A stretch of DNA of 64,000 bases. It comes from an uncultured Enterobacteriaceae bacterium. Lineage in GTDB: Bacteria; Pseudomonadota; Gammaproteobacteria; Burkholderiales; SG8-39. A model generated the notes under the pieces. That model saw only the letters and a program-made list of their open reading frames with translations. It had not been told where the DNA came from and searched no databases. This document shows, piece by piece, positions 16,688 through 27,482 of this stretch (positions within the stretch are counted from its first letter, which is position 1; every line of letters begins with the position of its first letter). Position numbers and translations under genes: made by a program. Location: positions 5,195 to 69,194 of the forward strand of contig CAYNVY010000002.1 of assembly GCA_964400745.1 (NCBI GenBank), written 5' to 3'.

Positions 16688-18085
16688 TTATTGCCTGCCA
16701 TATTTATCATCGAACCTGACAATGTCGTCTTCACCCAAATAGCTGCCCGACTGCACCTCTATGATTTCTAGTTCCGTCTTGCCAGGATTCTCCAGACGGT
16801 GTCTTACACCCAAAGGAATATACGTCGACTGATTCTCAGAAATGACGAAATTTTCCCCCCCTCGAGTGACCCTGGCCGTGCCCCTGACGACTATCCAGTG
16901 TTCGGCGCGATGGTGGTGCAGTTGCAGGCTAAGCGAAGCGCCCGGCTTTATGGAGATGCGCTTTACCTGAAACCGGTCTCCGGTATCGACCGAATCATAC
17001 GAACCCCAGGGCCGGATCACGCGGCGATGTTCTGTCGCCTGATAGGTATGGCTTCTCTCAAGTTCGACAACAATCTCCTTGACACTCTCCGTATGATTCC
17101 GATCGACAACCAGAATCGCATCCATAGTATCGATGATCAGAAGATCCTCCGTTCCCAGCGCCACGACAGGCCGATGTGGTGCGTGTACAAAGGTATTTTT
17201 GGAACCTTTAATCAACCCCATTCCGACTAGGGAGTTGCCAAAGCTATCTTTTTCAAATAGCGCGGCCACGGCGCTCCACGAACCTACATCGCTCCATTGG
17301 TGGTCGAACGTGACTACCGCAATTTCTTTATGCTTCTCCAATACTGCGTAATCTATGCTTTCGGAACGACAGGCTGCGAAAGCCTCCTTTTCAAGACGGA
17401 CAAAATTTCCGTCCTTCTCCTGATGGCTAACAGCTTTCTCAGCGGCATTGAGAATATCGGCAGCGTACAACTGAAGCAGTTCGAGCAGTTTGGAAGCCTT
17501 TACCAGGAATATTCCTGCATTCCACAAGTATCCGCCTTGGATAAACAACTCCCTCGCAACCTCCACCTCAGGCTTCTCGATGAACCGGTCCACCCGATTG
17601 ACCGCCCCGACCGGCTCGCCTTTGGAGATATACCCATATGCAGTACTCGGAAAATGGGGTACCACTCCAAAGGTTACGATGAAACCGTTCTCTGCGGCGT
17701 CTATTCCCTGTTTGACCGTGGTGACAAATGCCTGTGCATCGGGTATGTGGTGATCTGCGGGACAAAAAAGCAACAAATCTGCGGGAAGCGCATTCAGCGC
17801 TGCGGCGGCCATCGCTGCCGCGGTGTTGCGAGCCACCGGCTCCAGAATCAGTGTCCCCGACACTCCTGCCTTATCGAAGCTATCGGCAAGAAAAAAGCGG
17901 TGCTCATCACTCGCGACGCAGGTGATTTCAGAGCCTAACAGCTTGACTCGTTCCAACGTCAGGTGCAGCAGGCTCTTGTCCCCGAAAATAGGGACGAACT
18001 GCTTTGGAAAGGACCTTCGTGAAAGCGGCCAAAGGCGAGTGCCCGAACCTCCGCAAAGTATTACAGGACGAATAGGAATAATCAC
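16688..18085 (-). CDS. manC: Mannose-1-phosphate guanylyltransferase / mannose-6-phosphate isomerase
   Basis: PVILCGGSGTRLWPLSR, EPVARNTA, FIEKP and the cupin tail LSLQLHHHRAEHW. Confidence 0.95.
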   Translation of the reverse strand: MIIPIRPVILCGGSGTRLWPLSRRSFPKQFVPIFGDKSLLHLTLERVKLLGSEITCVASDEHRFFLADSFDKAGVSGTLILEPVARNTAAAMAAAALNALPADLLLFCPADHHIPDAQAFVTTVKQGIDAAENGFIVTFGVVPHFPSTAYGYISKGEPVGAVNRVDRFIEKPEVEVARELFIQGGYLWNAGIFLVKASKLLELLQLYAADILNAAEKAVSHQEKDGNFVRLEKEAFAACRSESIDYAVLEKHKEIAVVTFDHQWSDVGSWSAVAALFEKDSFGNSLVGMGLIKGSKNTFVHAPHRPVVALGTEDLLIIDTMDAILVVDRNHTESVKEIVVELERSHTYQATEHRRVIRPWGSYDSVDTGDRFQVKRISIKPGASLSLQLHHHRAEHWIVVRGTARVTRGGENFVISENQSTYIPLGVRHRLENPGKTELEIIEVQSGSYLGEDDIVRFDDKYGRQ

Positions 18086-18343
18086 CAGGGCCAGCTAACC
18101 ATAAGAGGAGTCATACCGAAGGAAAAACCAAGCGGGATTAAGCACGACATTTGCGCTGCGCGCTCATGGCAGCCGGACTCGCTCCACCCCCACTTGCCTC
18201 CGTCACTTTGATTGTTTTCCAGCTTCTTTTCTTTCCGGCTCATTTTACCTCAAATTTACACCAAGAATAACCGCTGCGGAGCAGAGCAAATCGGTCGCGA
18301 ACCAAGACGAAGAACCGATTAATTCTGCCTGCCGCCGACTTGC

Positions 18344-19222
18344 CTAAGCCGTCAAATACGGGTTGTTCAGCACTTCCTTTACCCTATTTGTATTCAACTC
18401 ATTTCTGGTCGGATGATCCAGAATATGACACTGATAAATATGATCAATCCAGCGGGCATTTTTGAATAATCGATGCCCACGCAGGAAGGGATGCTTTTCG
18501 ATTGGCCTCATTTGATGATTGCCCGTGAATTCGTGGACTGCCCCCTGTTCCCCGCAGTAGGAATTATGCGAGGGGTCCTCAAGATCATCCAAATAGATGA
18601 CGACTCGAGGCAGATAGTTCCTTGAATCGTGCTCCAGCACTTTCAAAGCATCGACGGTAGAACTGTAGTAATCGACGTCGATCGATATGAATCCTATCGG
18701 CGCGTCGGCAAAGCTCTTGGAGGCGAATTTCTCTACAGTTTCCGAGATGGGGCCCAGTACGACTTGCGTATTTTTGTCTAACTTGACCGACAGCTTTTCA
18801 AAATCCATCGGATAGTCGCCTACCTGATAGAGTTCCGGATGGTCCCTGAAGGACGTGGGCGGGGGCATTCCCTTCCCGGTATCGAATCCATAGACATCAA
18901 TGCCGATTCCGGTCAATTCAGTTACTTTTTCCGCGATCTCCTGCAAATTCAATAGCCCAGCTCCTGCGGCCACTCCGAACTCTATGACCGATGTCCGTCT
19001 ATATCCGAGCGCTTTCGCTTGATCTGCGATATTGAGCAAAGCGTATGCATGATGATGTCGAATAATGAGATCGAACTCGACCTTCTGCCGGTAGTTGCCG
19101 AAAGCCGCGACTATTAGGGCCAGCAAGTTCAGGTGCAACGGTTCTGTAAATCGCTCGTAAAGCAGTCTTTTCCAGATGTGCCTGTTCTTCAGTCTTGTTT
19201 TTAGAAAGACAAAATTTGACAT
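18344..19222 (-). CDS. TylF/MycF-like O-methyltransferase-fold protein
   Basis: IEFGVAAGAG, YGFDTGKGMP, FISIDVDYYSST and YLDD resemble TylF-family motifs. Confidence 0.6.
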   Translation of the reverse strand: MSNFVFLKTRLKNRHIWKRLLYERFTEPLHLNLLALIVAAFGNYRQKVEFDLIIRHHHAYALLNIADQAKALGYRRTSVIEFGVAAGAGLLNLQEIAEKVTELTGIGIDVYGFDTGKGMPPPTSFRDHPELYQVGDYPMDFEKLSVKLDKNTQVVLGPISETVEKFASKSFADAPIGFISIDVDYYSSTVDALKVLEHDSRNYLPRVVIYLDDLEDPSHNSYCGEQGAVHEFTGNHQMRPIEKHPFLRGHRLFKNARWIDHIYQCHILDHPTRNELNTNRVKEVLNNPYLTA

Positions 19223-19295
19223 GGTGAAAACTTCTCCTGATGATTTCCTATTCCAAAAAATGCAACCAACGATATTTCCGCCTTCCGACTTGCCG

Positions 19296-20156
19296 TCAGG
19301 TATCCGAGCCCGAGAATGTAAAGAATCCCATTACTCTCGAGCTGACTGCAACAATCCCGCTTCTTAACCCTCTCCAATCAAAAGAAACCATCGCCTTGGC
19401 GGTATGGAAAAGGTGAAATCCAATTGACTTTGAAAAAAGTAACAGGATTGGAATAGAAACGTGCTTTCTGCATATGGCGCCGAATCCGAGCCCGTAACTG
19501 AAGGCCTTCTTATCCGATAGCACGTGCCTGTTCAATTCCGGGTGCAGCACATGAATTTCGGGGCGGTACATGGCTTTTCGACCCGCCCTGACATTTCGAA
19601 TGACGAATTCGACGTCTTCATAGCCGCCGAATCGTTTGCCCGGGCCCAACCGGGGGTCGAAATGCATGCCCTCGTACGGTTTGACAAACAGCGCGATCGC
19701 GGAACCAAAATAGTAGCTGTTATGAATGTCAATGCGCCGGCTCTCGCTTGGCCAGCGACGCATTACATCCTTCCGTAGCTTTCGATCAATGATTTTTCCG
19801 TGAAAAATCTCCACATCCAAATTGTCTAAGCTGCATTGCAGCACCCGTGCGAGAGTGTCGGGATAGTACTCACAATCGTCGTCCGGAAATGCAACAAAAT
19901 CGCCTCTCGCGATGCGCAAACCTTCATTCCGGGCATGCGAAGTTCCCTTTTCGCGCAACTTTACGTGTACTACATTCAATCTGCCCTTGAATCGTTCGAT
20001 AGTGGGAGTCAGATCGATGCGATCGTTCTGGTCGACGACAATGATCTCGAACAGCGTCCAAGGAATCTCCTGAGCGGCCGCGCTGTCCAAGTATGCGGCC
20101 ACCTCGGCGTCCCGGCCGTACGTCGCCATGATCAGGCTGAATCGAATCCCATCCAC
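19296..20156 (-). CDS. GT2 glycosyltransferase
   Basis: SLIMATYGR, EIIVVDQ, ARNEGL, AFPDDDC, GYED. Confidence 0.9.
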   Translation of the reverse strand: MDGIRFSLIMATYGRDAEVAAYLDSAAAQEIPWTLFEIIVVDQNDRIDLTPTIERFKGRLNVVHVKLREKGTSHARNEGLRIARGDFVAFPDDDCEYYPDTLARVLQCSLDNLDVEIFHGKIIDRKLRKDVMRRWPSESRRIDIHNSYYFGSAIALFVKPYEGMHFDPRLGPGKRFGGYEDVEFVIRNVRAGRKAMYRPEIHVLHPELNRHVLSDKKAFSYGLGFGAICRKHVSIPILLLFSKSIGFHLFHTAKAMVSFDWRGLRSGIVAVSSRVMGFFTFSGSDT

Positions 20157-20294
20157 ACTTCATTCCTCTCAATGCGCTGTTTATGTCCGTCTTGCAAAGC
20201 GGCGCTCGCCGGACTTGCGCCCCTCCGATATACCCGTTGCGAGACGGGAAGCGCTTGCCTCGCTGCAACATTCTTTCAAGTGTATGGCGCAGGA

Positions 20295-21353
<1,059 letters not shown>

Positions 21354-21515
21354 TCAATCGGTAGAAGCGAGGTTAGACCACATACTCCCATATGTTATGT
21401 CCCGATGCCTGGAACATCGGTTCAGGTTAAAAAGCGAATCCAATTCGACGAAGGGCGCTTGGACAAATCAAACCTCACGTCGCGTCAATATAGGCGCGCT
21501 GAGGCAGCGTATACT

Positions 21516-22862
21516 TTACAATTCACCCGCTAGCGCCGGCCCCGTTCTTGCCCGTTTGCGCGCATACATCACGATCGCCAGATGCAGTGCAAATAGCACC
21601 AATCCACCGGAGTTCTTGAGCGCCTGGTTGTAGTGCGCGGTTGATGCCAGCCACAGCACGCACAGAAATGCGTTGATCGAAGCGAGGGTGTGCCATTTGA
21701 TCGCCTCGCCGGCACCGGACTTGCGATCCAGATCCATCAGCGCGGGATAGCAAATGGCGATCATGGTTGCAGTAAACACGATGGTCCAGATGACCCCGTT
21801 CTTGATCAGGATGTCGGCCGCAAATCCCAAGTCGCTCCCTACAAAGACGAACTTCGTACTAAAAGCCTCGGCGCCAATTCCGATCAGAATATCCGGCCAG
21901 TCGATAAGCGAATAGACCAAGAAAGGGATGGTGAAGGCAAACACATAGAACTCCACCGAGCCTGCGCCCTGAATCAATCGGAACTCAGGCACTTTTTCGA
22001 GCTGCTCCTGCGGCAGGTATACATTGCCGCCGAAGAAAATGCGGTCAAACAGCAATTCGTTCGCGATCAGCACGTATAACGCCACGCTCAGGAAGGCGAA
22101 GGCGATCAACATCGGCCGCAGGGCCTTTCTGTTGATGAATATCGCATGCATGAGCATCGCCAGCATGGCCAGAACCGCTACGGTTCCACCCAGGCAAACC
22201 AGAAGCATGACGAACGATAGCCAAGCCCAAAAGCGGGGGCGCTTCTCGATCAAATGCAGCCCGCTGATTCTTCGGATTCCGGCGAACCAGACTAAGGAAT
22301 GCAGCGCGAGCATACCAGATATCTGCGGCCCCAAAAGCACGCTGTTCAAACCGCCTTGGGTCGTGAAAATTCCAAGGCGCAGGGGAATATCCGCCTTGGC
22401 ATTCAATCGGTACGGGAGCGCTTCGGTCGTGTTAAACAGGTCATACAAGAAGATTTGGCCGCCCATCAGAATTATGACGAATTCGACGACCATGCAAATC
22501 AGGAAGAACTTGTGAATCAGGCTTATCTGGCGAATTACGGCGACATAGGAGGTGCCTTCACCCACCTGCAGCATTTGGTAGAACAAAAATGCAAATACCA
22601 GCAGGTAGAACCCGCCTTCCAGAAGCACGAATCCGTGCCCCACAGCTACCTGCACGTATAGCAAGCAGATCATGAAAATGATCAGCGCAACCTGATATCT
22701 GGGAAAGGTAAATGGCTTCGCGCTGATCAAGGCTGAAATTGCCCAGCCGCTCAGAACAAATCCGGCGGAAACATGCAGGGTCGCCACGTTCAGCATCGCC
22801 CCCGCCATGGGAGTCAGACAGCACAAGAACACGATAAGGAATGGGAAGGAACTCAACCTCAT
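21516..22862 (-). CDS. Polytopic membrane protein, probable Wzy O-antigen polymerase
   Basis: About 11 hydrophobic segments, two larger loops, GIG...SDLG motif late in the protein, located among glycosyltransferases. A WaaL-type ligase cannot be excluded. Confidence 0.6.
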   Translation of the reverse strand: MRLSSFPFLIVFLCCLTPMAGAMLNVATLHVSAGFVLSGWAISALISAKPFTFPRYQVALIIFMICLLYVQVAVGHGFVLLEGGFYLLVFAFLFYQMLQVGEGTSYVAVIRQISLIHKFFLICMVVEFVIILMGGQIFLYDLFNTTEALPYRLNAKADIPLRLGIFTTQGGLNSVLLGPQISGMLALHSLVWFAGIRRISGLHLIEKRPRFWAWLSFVMLLVCLGGTVAVLAMLAMLMHAIFINRKALRPMLIAFAFLSVALYVLIANELLFDRIFFGGNVYLPQEQLEKVPEFRLIQGAGSVEFYVFAFTIPFLVYSLIDWPDILIGIGAEAFSTKFVFVGSDLGFAADILIKNGVIWTIVFTATMIAICYPALMDLDRKSGAGEAIKWHTLASINAFLCVLWLASTAHYNQALKNSGGLVLFALHLAIVMYARKRARTGPALAGEL

Positions 22863-22869
22863 GGCAAGC

Positions 22870-23670
22870 TTATGTCCCGGAGCTCAGGTCCGCATGGCGC
22901 CAGCGATACCAGTCCCATTTACCCTGCAGCTTCTGCTCGAATACATCGACATCGTCGTCCGCATAGATTGTCACCCTGCTTAGGAGCATCGAATCGCGGC
23001 CGGGAAGGTTCCGGTCCAATCTGCAGGTGACTCCGGCGCGGTATCCGGCGTCTTCTGCCATGTCCCGGACACGACGATCCACCGCGCCGTAGGGATACGC
23101 CAACAGGTCGATCTTGCTTCCGAGCAGGTCCTCGAGGTAGTCCTTGCTGTCTGAGAGTTCCCGCGCCAGAGCGAGATCGTCGCAATCGGTGAGGCGCGAA
23201 TGCGTGACCGAGTGAGACCCGATACGGGCTCCCGGCAGGTTTGCCAGCTCGCGTACATCTTCCGGTCCGAGAAACCCCGCGCGGCGCTGCGACACGGCAT
23301 CGGTGCGGACAAAAACCGTGAACGGAATACTCAACTCCACAAGCATGGGGGCGGCAACCGTCAGATTGTCCCTGTAGCCATCGTCAAACGTCACCATGAT
23401 TCCAGGGGTGCCCTGCTTCAATGCCTCGATTTCAAGGGGCGCGAATTGATTCGCATACCGATCGGAGAGATGGCGCATTTGCTGTTTGAACCGGTCCGGC
23501 GTCATATTGAAGATACCCGACGCATCTTCGCCGATCGGAGTGCCTATCGAGTGGTAGGCGAGGATGCGCAGGCCCGGCCGTACGACCTGCCCCAATCGCA
23601 GATTGCTGTAGGCCCAGGTGGCCGCACTCCATGCCTGTCGCCGAAAGGCCGAAAACAGGTCAAGTGCCAT
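22870..23670 (-). CDS. Polysaccharide deacetylase (CE4/NodB family)
   Basis: ILAYHSI, VTFDDGYRDN, IGSHSVTH, AYPYG. TGATG overlap with the upstream gene. Confidence 0.9.
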   Translation of the reverse strand: MALDLFSAFRRQAWSAATWAYSNLRLGQVVRPGLRILAYHSIGTPIGEDASGIFNMTPDRFKQQMRHLSDRYANQFAPLEIEALKQGTPGIMVTFDDGYRDNLTVAAPMLVELSIPFTVFVRTDAVSQRRAGFLGPEDVRELANLPGARIGSHSVTHSRLTDCDDLALARELSDSKDYLEDLLGSKIDLLAYPYGAVDRRVRDMAEDAGYRAGVTCRLDRNLPGRDSMLLSRVTIYADDDVDVFEQKLQGKWDWYRWRHADLSSGT

Positions 23671-24671
23671 CACATCCCCGGGGTCCGACGCTTGATCAGG
23701 TAATTGGCAACCCGCCGCAGGACCGATGAAGTCGCCCAATCCGCTTCTCCAAGGTATCTGATTTCCTTTCCTCCGAATCCGCGCTTGAAGTGGTCCACCC
23801 CGCGCGCGGCTTCTGACGCCGGATTGATTCCGCCAAAATCCAGAACTTGAATTCCACGCTCGCGCAACAAACCTCGAACCCTGGAAAACATGCTATAGGC
23901 CGCACTGACGTCCCTGCCGCCCTTGAGAGTCGCAGCCGACAGGTAATACGCTACCGGCCCCTGGATAAGCACCAAGCAACCGGTTACCGGTTTTGCATTC
24001 ATCCGGCCGATCAGAATATAGACGGCGTCGCCCAATTTTGCATTCAGATCCTCTACGGTCTGTGCATCCCATTCGGGAAGATCCATGCCTTTCTCGACTA
24101 TCAGGTTCTGGGTCAGCGTGACCAGATCACGTCTGAGCGCGTCGGTGTTTCCGCAAGCCCATTCCAGCGGCGCTCCATTTGCCTTTTTTACGTAATACCT
24201 GTGCTTTCCGGTAATTGAACTCAGCCATTCCTTTTCGGGGTTCTTCAGGTCTAGAAGTATGGATCGTCCGCTGAGAATGCAATGCGTTGGAGCAGACCAA
24301 CCGGCGGACCGGATAAGCCGCGATACCTCGTCCGAGTACTCCCGCATCGGGTTTATCCGGCAGTAGAGCTGATAGGTTCCGGCGATTGCCCTAATTGCGG
24401 TTCGCAATGACTCGCCCCACGCGGTCGGGACACCAACCGGTCCACCATTCACCCACGCTAACGAAACACCTAGCGGGAAACGGCGCACCAAGACCTGCGC
24501 CATTGCAATTGTCTGATTGTTATCCATCGCAACCAAACGATAAGGGTGCCAGCCAAAATAGCTCTTGTGCTCACCCCATCCATAGCTCTGATAGAAGTTA
24601 TGATCCGGAAACTGCAATAGCAGCGCGTCCCAACCCGACGTATCCCCCTCCCAGGCAGCCCATTTCAACAT
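23670..24671 (-). CDS. FemAB/FemX-like GNAT (aminoacyl-transferase fold)
   Basis: NFYQSYGWGEHK, RYYVKKA, LDFGGI, GVDHFKRGFGG. Confidence 0.82.
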   Translation of the reverse strand: MLKWAAWEGDTSGWDALLLQFPDHNFYQSYGWGEHKSYFGWHPYRLVAMDNNQTIAMAQVLVRRFPLGVSLAWVNGGPVGVPTAWGESLRTAIRAIAGTYQLYCRINPMREYSDEVSRLIRSAGWSAPTHCILSGRSILLDLKNPEKEWLSSITGKHRYYVKKANGAPLEWACGNTDALRRDLVTLTQNLIVEKGMDLPEWDAQTVEDLNAKLGDAVYILIGRMNAKPVTGCLVLIQGPVAYYLSAATLKGGRDVSAAYSMFSRVRGLLRERGIQVLDFGGINPASEAARGVDHFKRGFGGKEIRYLGEADWATSSVLRRVANYLIKRRTPGM

Positions 24672-25663
24672 AGGAAATTCACCCACCAGACGTTTCGATA
24701 AGAATCGGGCGCGTCTGGAACGACCGCGGAAGGCAAGTCCGGCCAGTGCGAGCAATTCAAACCCTTCTTTAACGCGATCCGGGAAACCGCCGCCGCTTCG
24801 CGCCGGCTCGCCCGAAATGGATAGCCAAACGGCGCCACTCCCGCCGGAAGACCGCCGAATACAGGCTCGATGTCGAGCCCGCGAAGCAGTCGATCAAACT
24901 CTTTATACAAGCTGCGGCGCCGGTCCACTTCCTGCGCCGGCTTTATCTTGCTCAAAATGTCGATGGATTCGCAGTGAATCGCAGAATCGCCGAGATCTTC
25001 TGTTTCCGATTCCGGCAAAGACACCGGGAGCGCATGCCCCGTCACAATCCATCGGGAGCCTCGCGTAATCTGCTCCCCGAGGGTGCGGACCCGTATCCCC
25101 GTTGCGTTCTGAATCCGCGCCAAAGCTCGCTTGGCGACGAAAGTTGCGGAAAGCGGCCTGTTTCGACACGCGAGAGGCGCAGCCAGTCGTTCGGTCCATC
25201 CCTTCGCGTTGACCAGCAGCGCCCCCCCATCGGGCAAGGCGAAAGTCTTGCGCATGCTGACAATTCCGAAATCGCCGCGGCTTCCGAGCGCGTTTCCCTG
25301 AGCGTCACGACTTAGAAATCCATGTGCGTTATCTTCGATCAAGACGGCGCCATGCTCTACGCAATACGCCCTGAAGACTGTGAGCTCCTGCGGAAAGCCA
25401 AAATAATTCACCGCCAATACCGCCTTTACCCCACGCAGCGCCGGCAGCGCCGACGGTGCAAGCGACTGTGTCACAGGATAGAAGGCCACTTCGGCGCGAA
25501 CCGCGTGAACTGCGGGGAGAATATCCCTGCAGATGAAGCCGGGAATCAATACCTTGTCGCCTGCCTCGACTCCGATGGTCCTAAAAACCTCGCGCAGCGC
25601 ATGGCGTGCCCGACTGAACAGGCGAACATTCCCCCCCGACGTCGCGCCGGCGATCAGGTCCAT
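24665..25663 (-). CDS. DegT/DnrJ/EryC1/StrS-like PLP-dependent protein (atypical)
   Basis: VLIPGFIC, VNYFGFPQ, LIEDNAH, SMRKTFALPDGG. Confidence 0.7.
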   Translation of the reverse strand: MDLIAGATSGGNVRLFSRARHALREVFRTIGVEAGDKVLIPGFICRDILPAVHAVRAEVAFYPVTQSLAPSALPALRGVKAVLAVNYFGFPQELTVFRAYCVEHGAVLIEDNAHGFLSRDAQGNALGSRGDFGIVSMRKTFALPDGGALLVNAKGWTERLAAPLACRNRPLSATFVAKRALARIQNATGIRVRTLGEQITRGSRWIVTGHALPVSLPESETEDLGDSAIHCESIDILSKIKPAQEVDRRRSLYKEFDRLLRGLDIEPVFGGLPAGVAPFGYPFRASRREAAAVSRIALKKGLNCSHWPDLPSAVVPDAPDSYRNVWWVNFLC

Positions 25664-25715
25664 CCGGCTTCGCTACCTGGCAACCGGTGCGCAACATTGC
25701 GTCCCCGCCCGCCGA

Positions 25716-26528
25716 TCATGCCCGTTGCCGAAAGTCGTCCAGGATCTCCCCGGCAAAGGATTTCAGCAGATTCTTCACTATGATCGCCTTGGTCCAAAGC
25801 GACACGCCCTCGTGCTTGAAGTACCGCCAGAATACGGCGCGTGCCTCGTACCGGATTTTCCGGTACTTCTTCGTCGCCTGCTCCTCATGAATTCTCCAGG
25901 CAGACAGGATCTCGCTCGTATATGCGAAATCCACCGCGAGGCCCGCTCTTATGAAGTATTCGTAATCGCAGGAGTAGACAAGCGACTCGTCCTGAGCGCC
26001 TACGCTCCGCACCGTGTCACGCTTGATGAAGCAAGCCTCGGAGTCGATATAGCATCCAAGCTGAAGCAACAGATCTCCAGCCGTCCCTTTGGGAATAAAC
26101 GACTCCGGAAGGAAAAATCTCGCCAGATGGCTGCCGATGATTTCGTCGCGCTCGTTGATGTAATGTGTGTTGCAAAAGACAAGGCCGGCGGTCGGGTAGG
26201 CTCGCGTCACTTCCATTTGCCTGGAAAGCCGTGTCGGATAGCAGAGATCATCCTGGTCGATGATCGCGATCCACTCCCCGCGCGCCTGTGAAAATGAAAA
26301 ATTTCGCGAACCCGGTAAACCGTGATTGCTCCTGAAGAACGGCCGAATGCAATCATGCCGGTCGGCAAACCGCTTGATCATCGAAACCGTGCCGTCGCTC
26401 GAACCGTCGTCAACGATGACGACTTCAAAATTGGGATAGTCCTGCGCCAGCACGCTGTTCAGCATCTTCTCAAGGTAAACTTCCCCGTTGTAGGTGCAGA
26501 TTGCAACGGTAACCAGGGCCGCGTTCAT
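25716..26528 (-). CDS. GT2 glycosyltransferase
   Basis: VTVAICTYNG, VIVDDGSSDGT, IDQDD, CDYE. Confidence 0.92.
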   Translation of the reverse strand: MNAALVTVAICTYNGEVYLEKMLNSVLAQDYPNFEVVIVDDGSSDGTVSMIKRFADRHDCIRPFFRSNHGLPGSRNFSFSQARGEWIAIIDQDDLCYPTRLSRQMEVTRAYPTAGLVFCNTHYINERDEIIGSHLARFFLPESFIPKGTAGDLLLQLGCYIDSEACFIKRDTVRSVGAQDESLVYSCDYEYFIRAGLAVDFAYTSEILSAWRIHEEQATKKYRKIRYEARAVFWRYFKHEGVSLWTKAIIVKNLLKSFAGEILDDFRQRA

Positions 26529-26556
26529 TCAATCAGCCTCGTCTGCATGATTCCCG

Positions 26557-27459
26557 TCACTGAACATAACCCTTGTAATACGACTCCAGGTATTCCTGCA
26601 AGGCTATCCGCCAATGCCGCATTGAATTCAGCTTGCGCAGATCCAGGCGCCGGTTGATCAACCGCTCGGACGGCGGCCGTTCGGCAAAATATTCCTTCTT
26701 GAAATAGTCCGAGCTTACTTCGACGATCTTTACGCCTTCCTGCAAATTCAACAACTGCAACATTTCCTGTGCAACCTCCAGTCTGCTCGTGATTCCGCCG
26801 CAGACCAGGTTGTAAAGCCCCCAGTAGTTTGTTTCCAGCAGCAACTTCACATTCCGGGCAAAATCGTGCGTATAGGTCGGGGTCCCGAATTTGTCGTTCA
26901 CCACATGAATGACTTTGCTCCCGTCCTTTATCTGCTTCAGGATCTTTTGCACGAATTTCTTGTCCTTCTTCGGCCCGCCGCCCATCATCCAACCGGCCCG
27001 GCAGACAAGGTGCTGCGCCGCGTTTTCCCGGACGAACATTTCCCCCGCGTATTTCGATCTCGCGTAATGCCCCAGAGGATTGGGCTGATCCCAGTCGTCG
27101 TAGACGTCTTTCTTTCCATCGAAAATCCCAGCTGTGCTGATGTAAAGCAAGGGGATCCGCAGTTCATTCGCGATATACACCGCATTTTCGACCGCAAGCG
27201 TATTGGTGACGTAAGTATCGTCCGCATGCTGCTCGCAATATTCCAGGTCGGTAAACGCACCCAGGTGAAAGAGGCAATCCGGTTTGAATTCGATGACATC
27301 CCTCCGATAGGCATCGAAGTCGCGGAAATCCAAATAGCTGAGCCACGGCTCATTGACGTCGATGTCGGTGCATTTCAACGTCGAGTCTGCGCCGAAAACC
27401 TTATGAAAAGCTTCCCCGAGCATTCCGCCGCAGCCCGCCACGTATATTCTTTTTGACAT
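26557..27459 (-). CDS. RmlD-like NDP-4-keto-sugar reductase
   Basis: GCGGMLG, AFTDLEYCE, YISTAGIFDG, PNPLGHYARSK, GTPTY. Confidence 0.85.
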   Translation of the reverse strand: MSKRIYVAGCGGMLGEAFHKVFGADSTLKCTDIDVNEPWLSYLDFRDFDAYRRDVIEFKPDCLFHLGAFTDLEYCEQHADDTYVTNTLAVENAVYIANELRIPLLYISTAGIFDGKKDVYDDWDQPNPLGHYARSKYAGEMFVRENAAQHLVCRAGWMMGGGPKKDKKFVQKILKQIKDGSKVIHVVNDKFGTPTYTHDFARNVKLLLETNYWGLYNLVCGGITSRLEVAQEMLQLLNLQEGVKIVEVSSDYFKKEYFAERPPSERLINRRLDLRKLNSMRHWRIALQEYLESYYKGYVQ

Positions 27460-27482
27460 TTTCGATCTCGCCTTTTCCGGGA

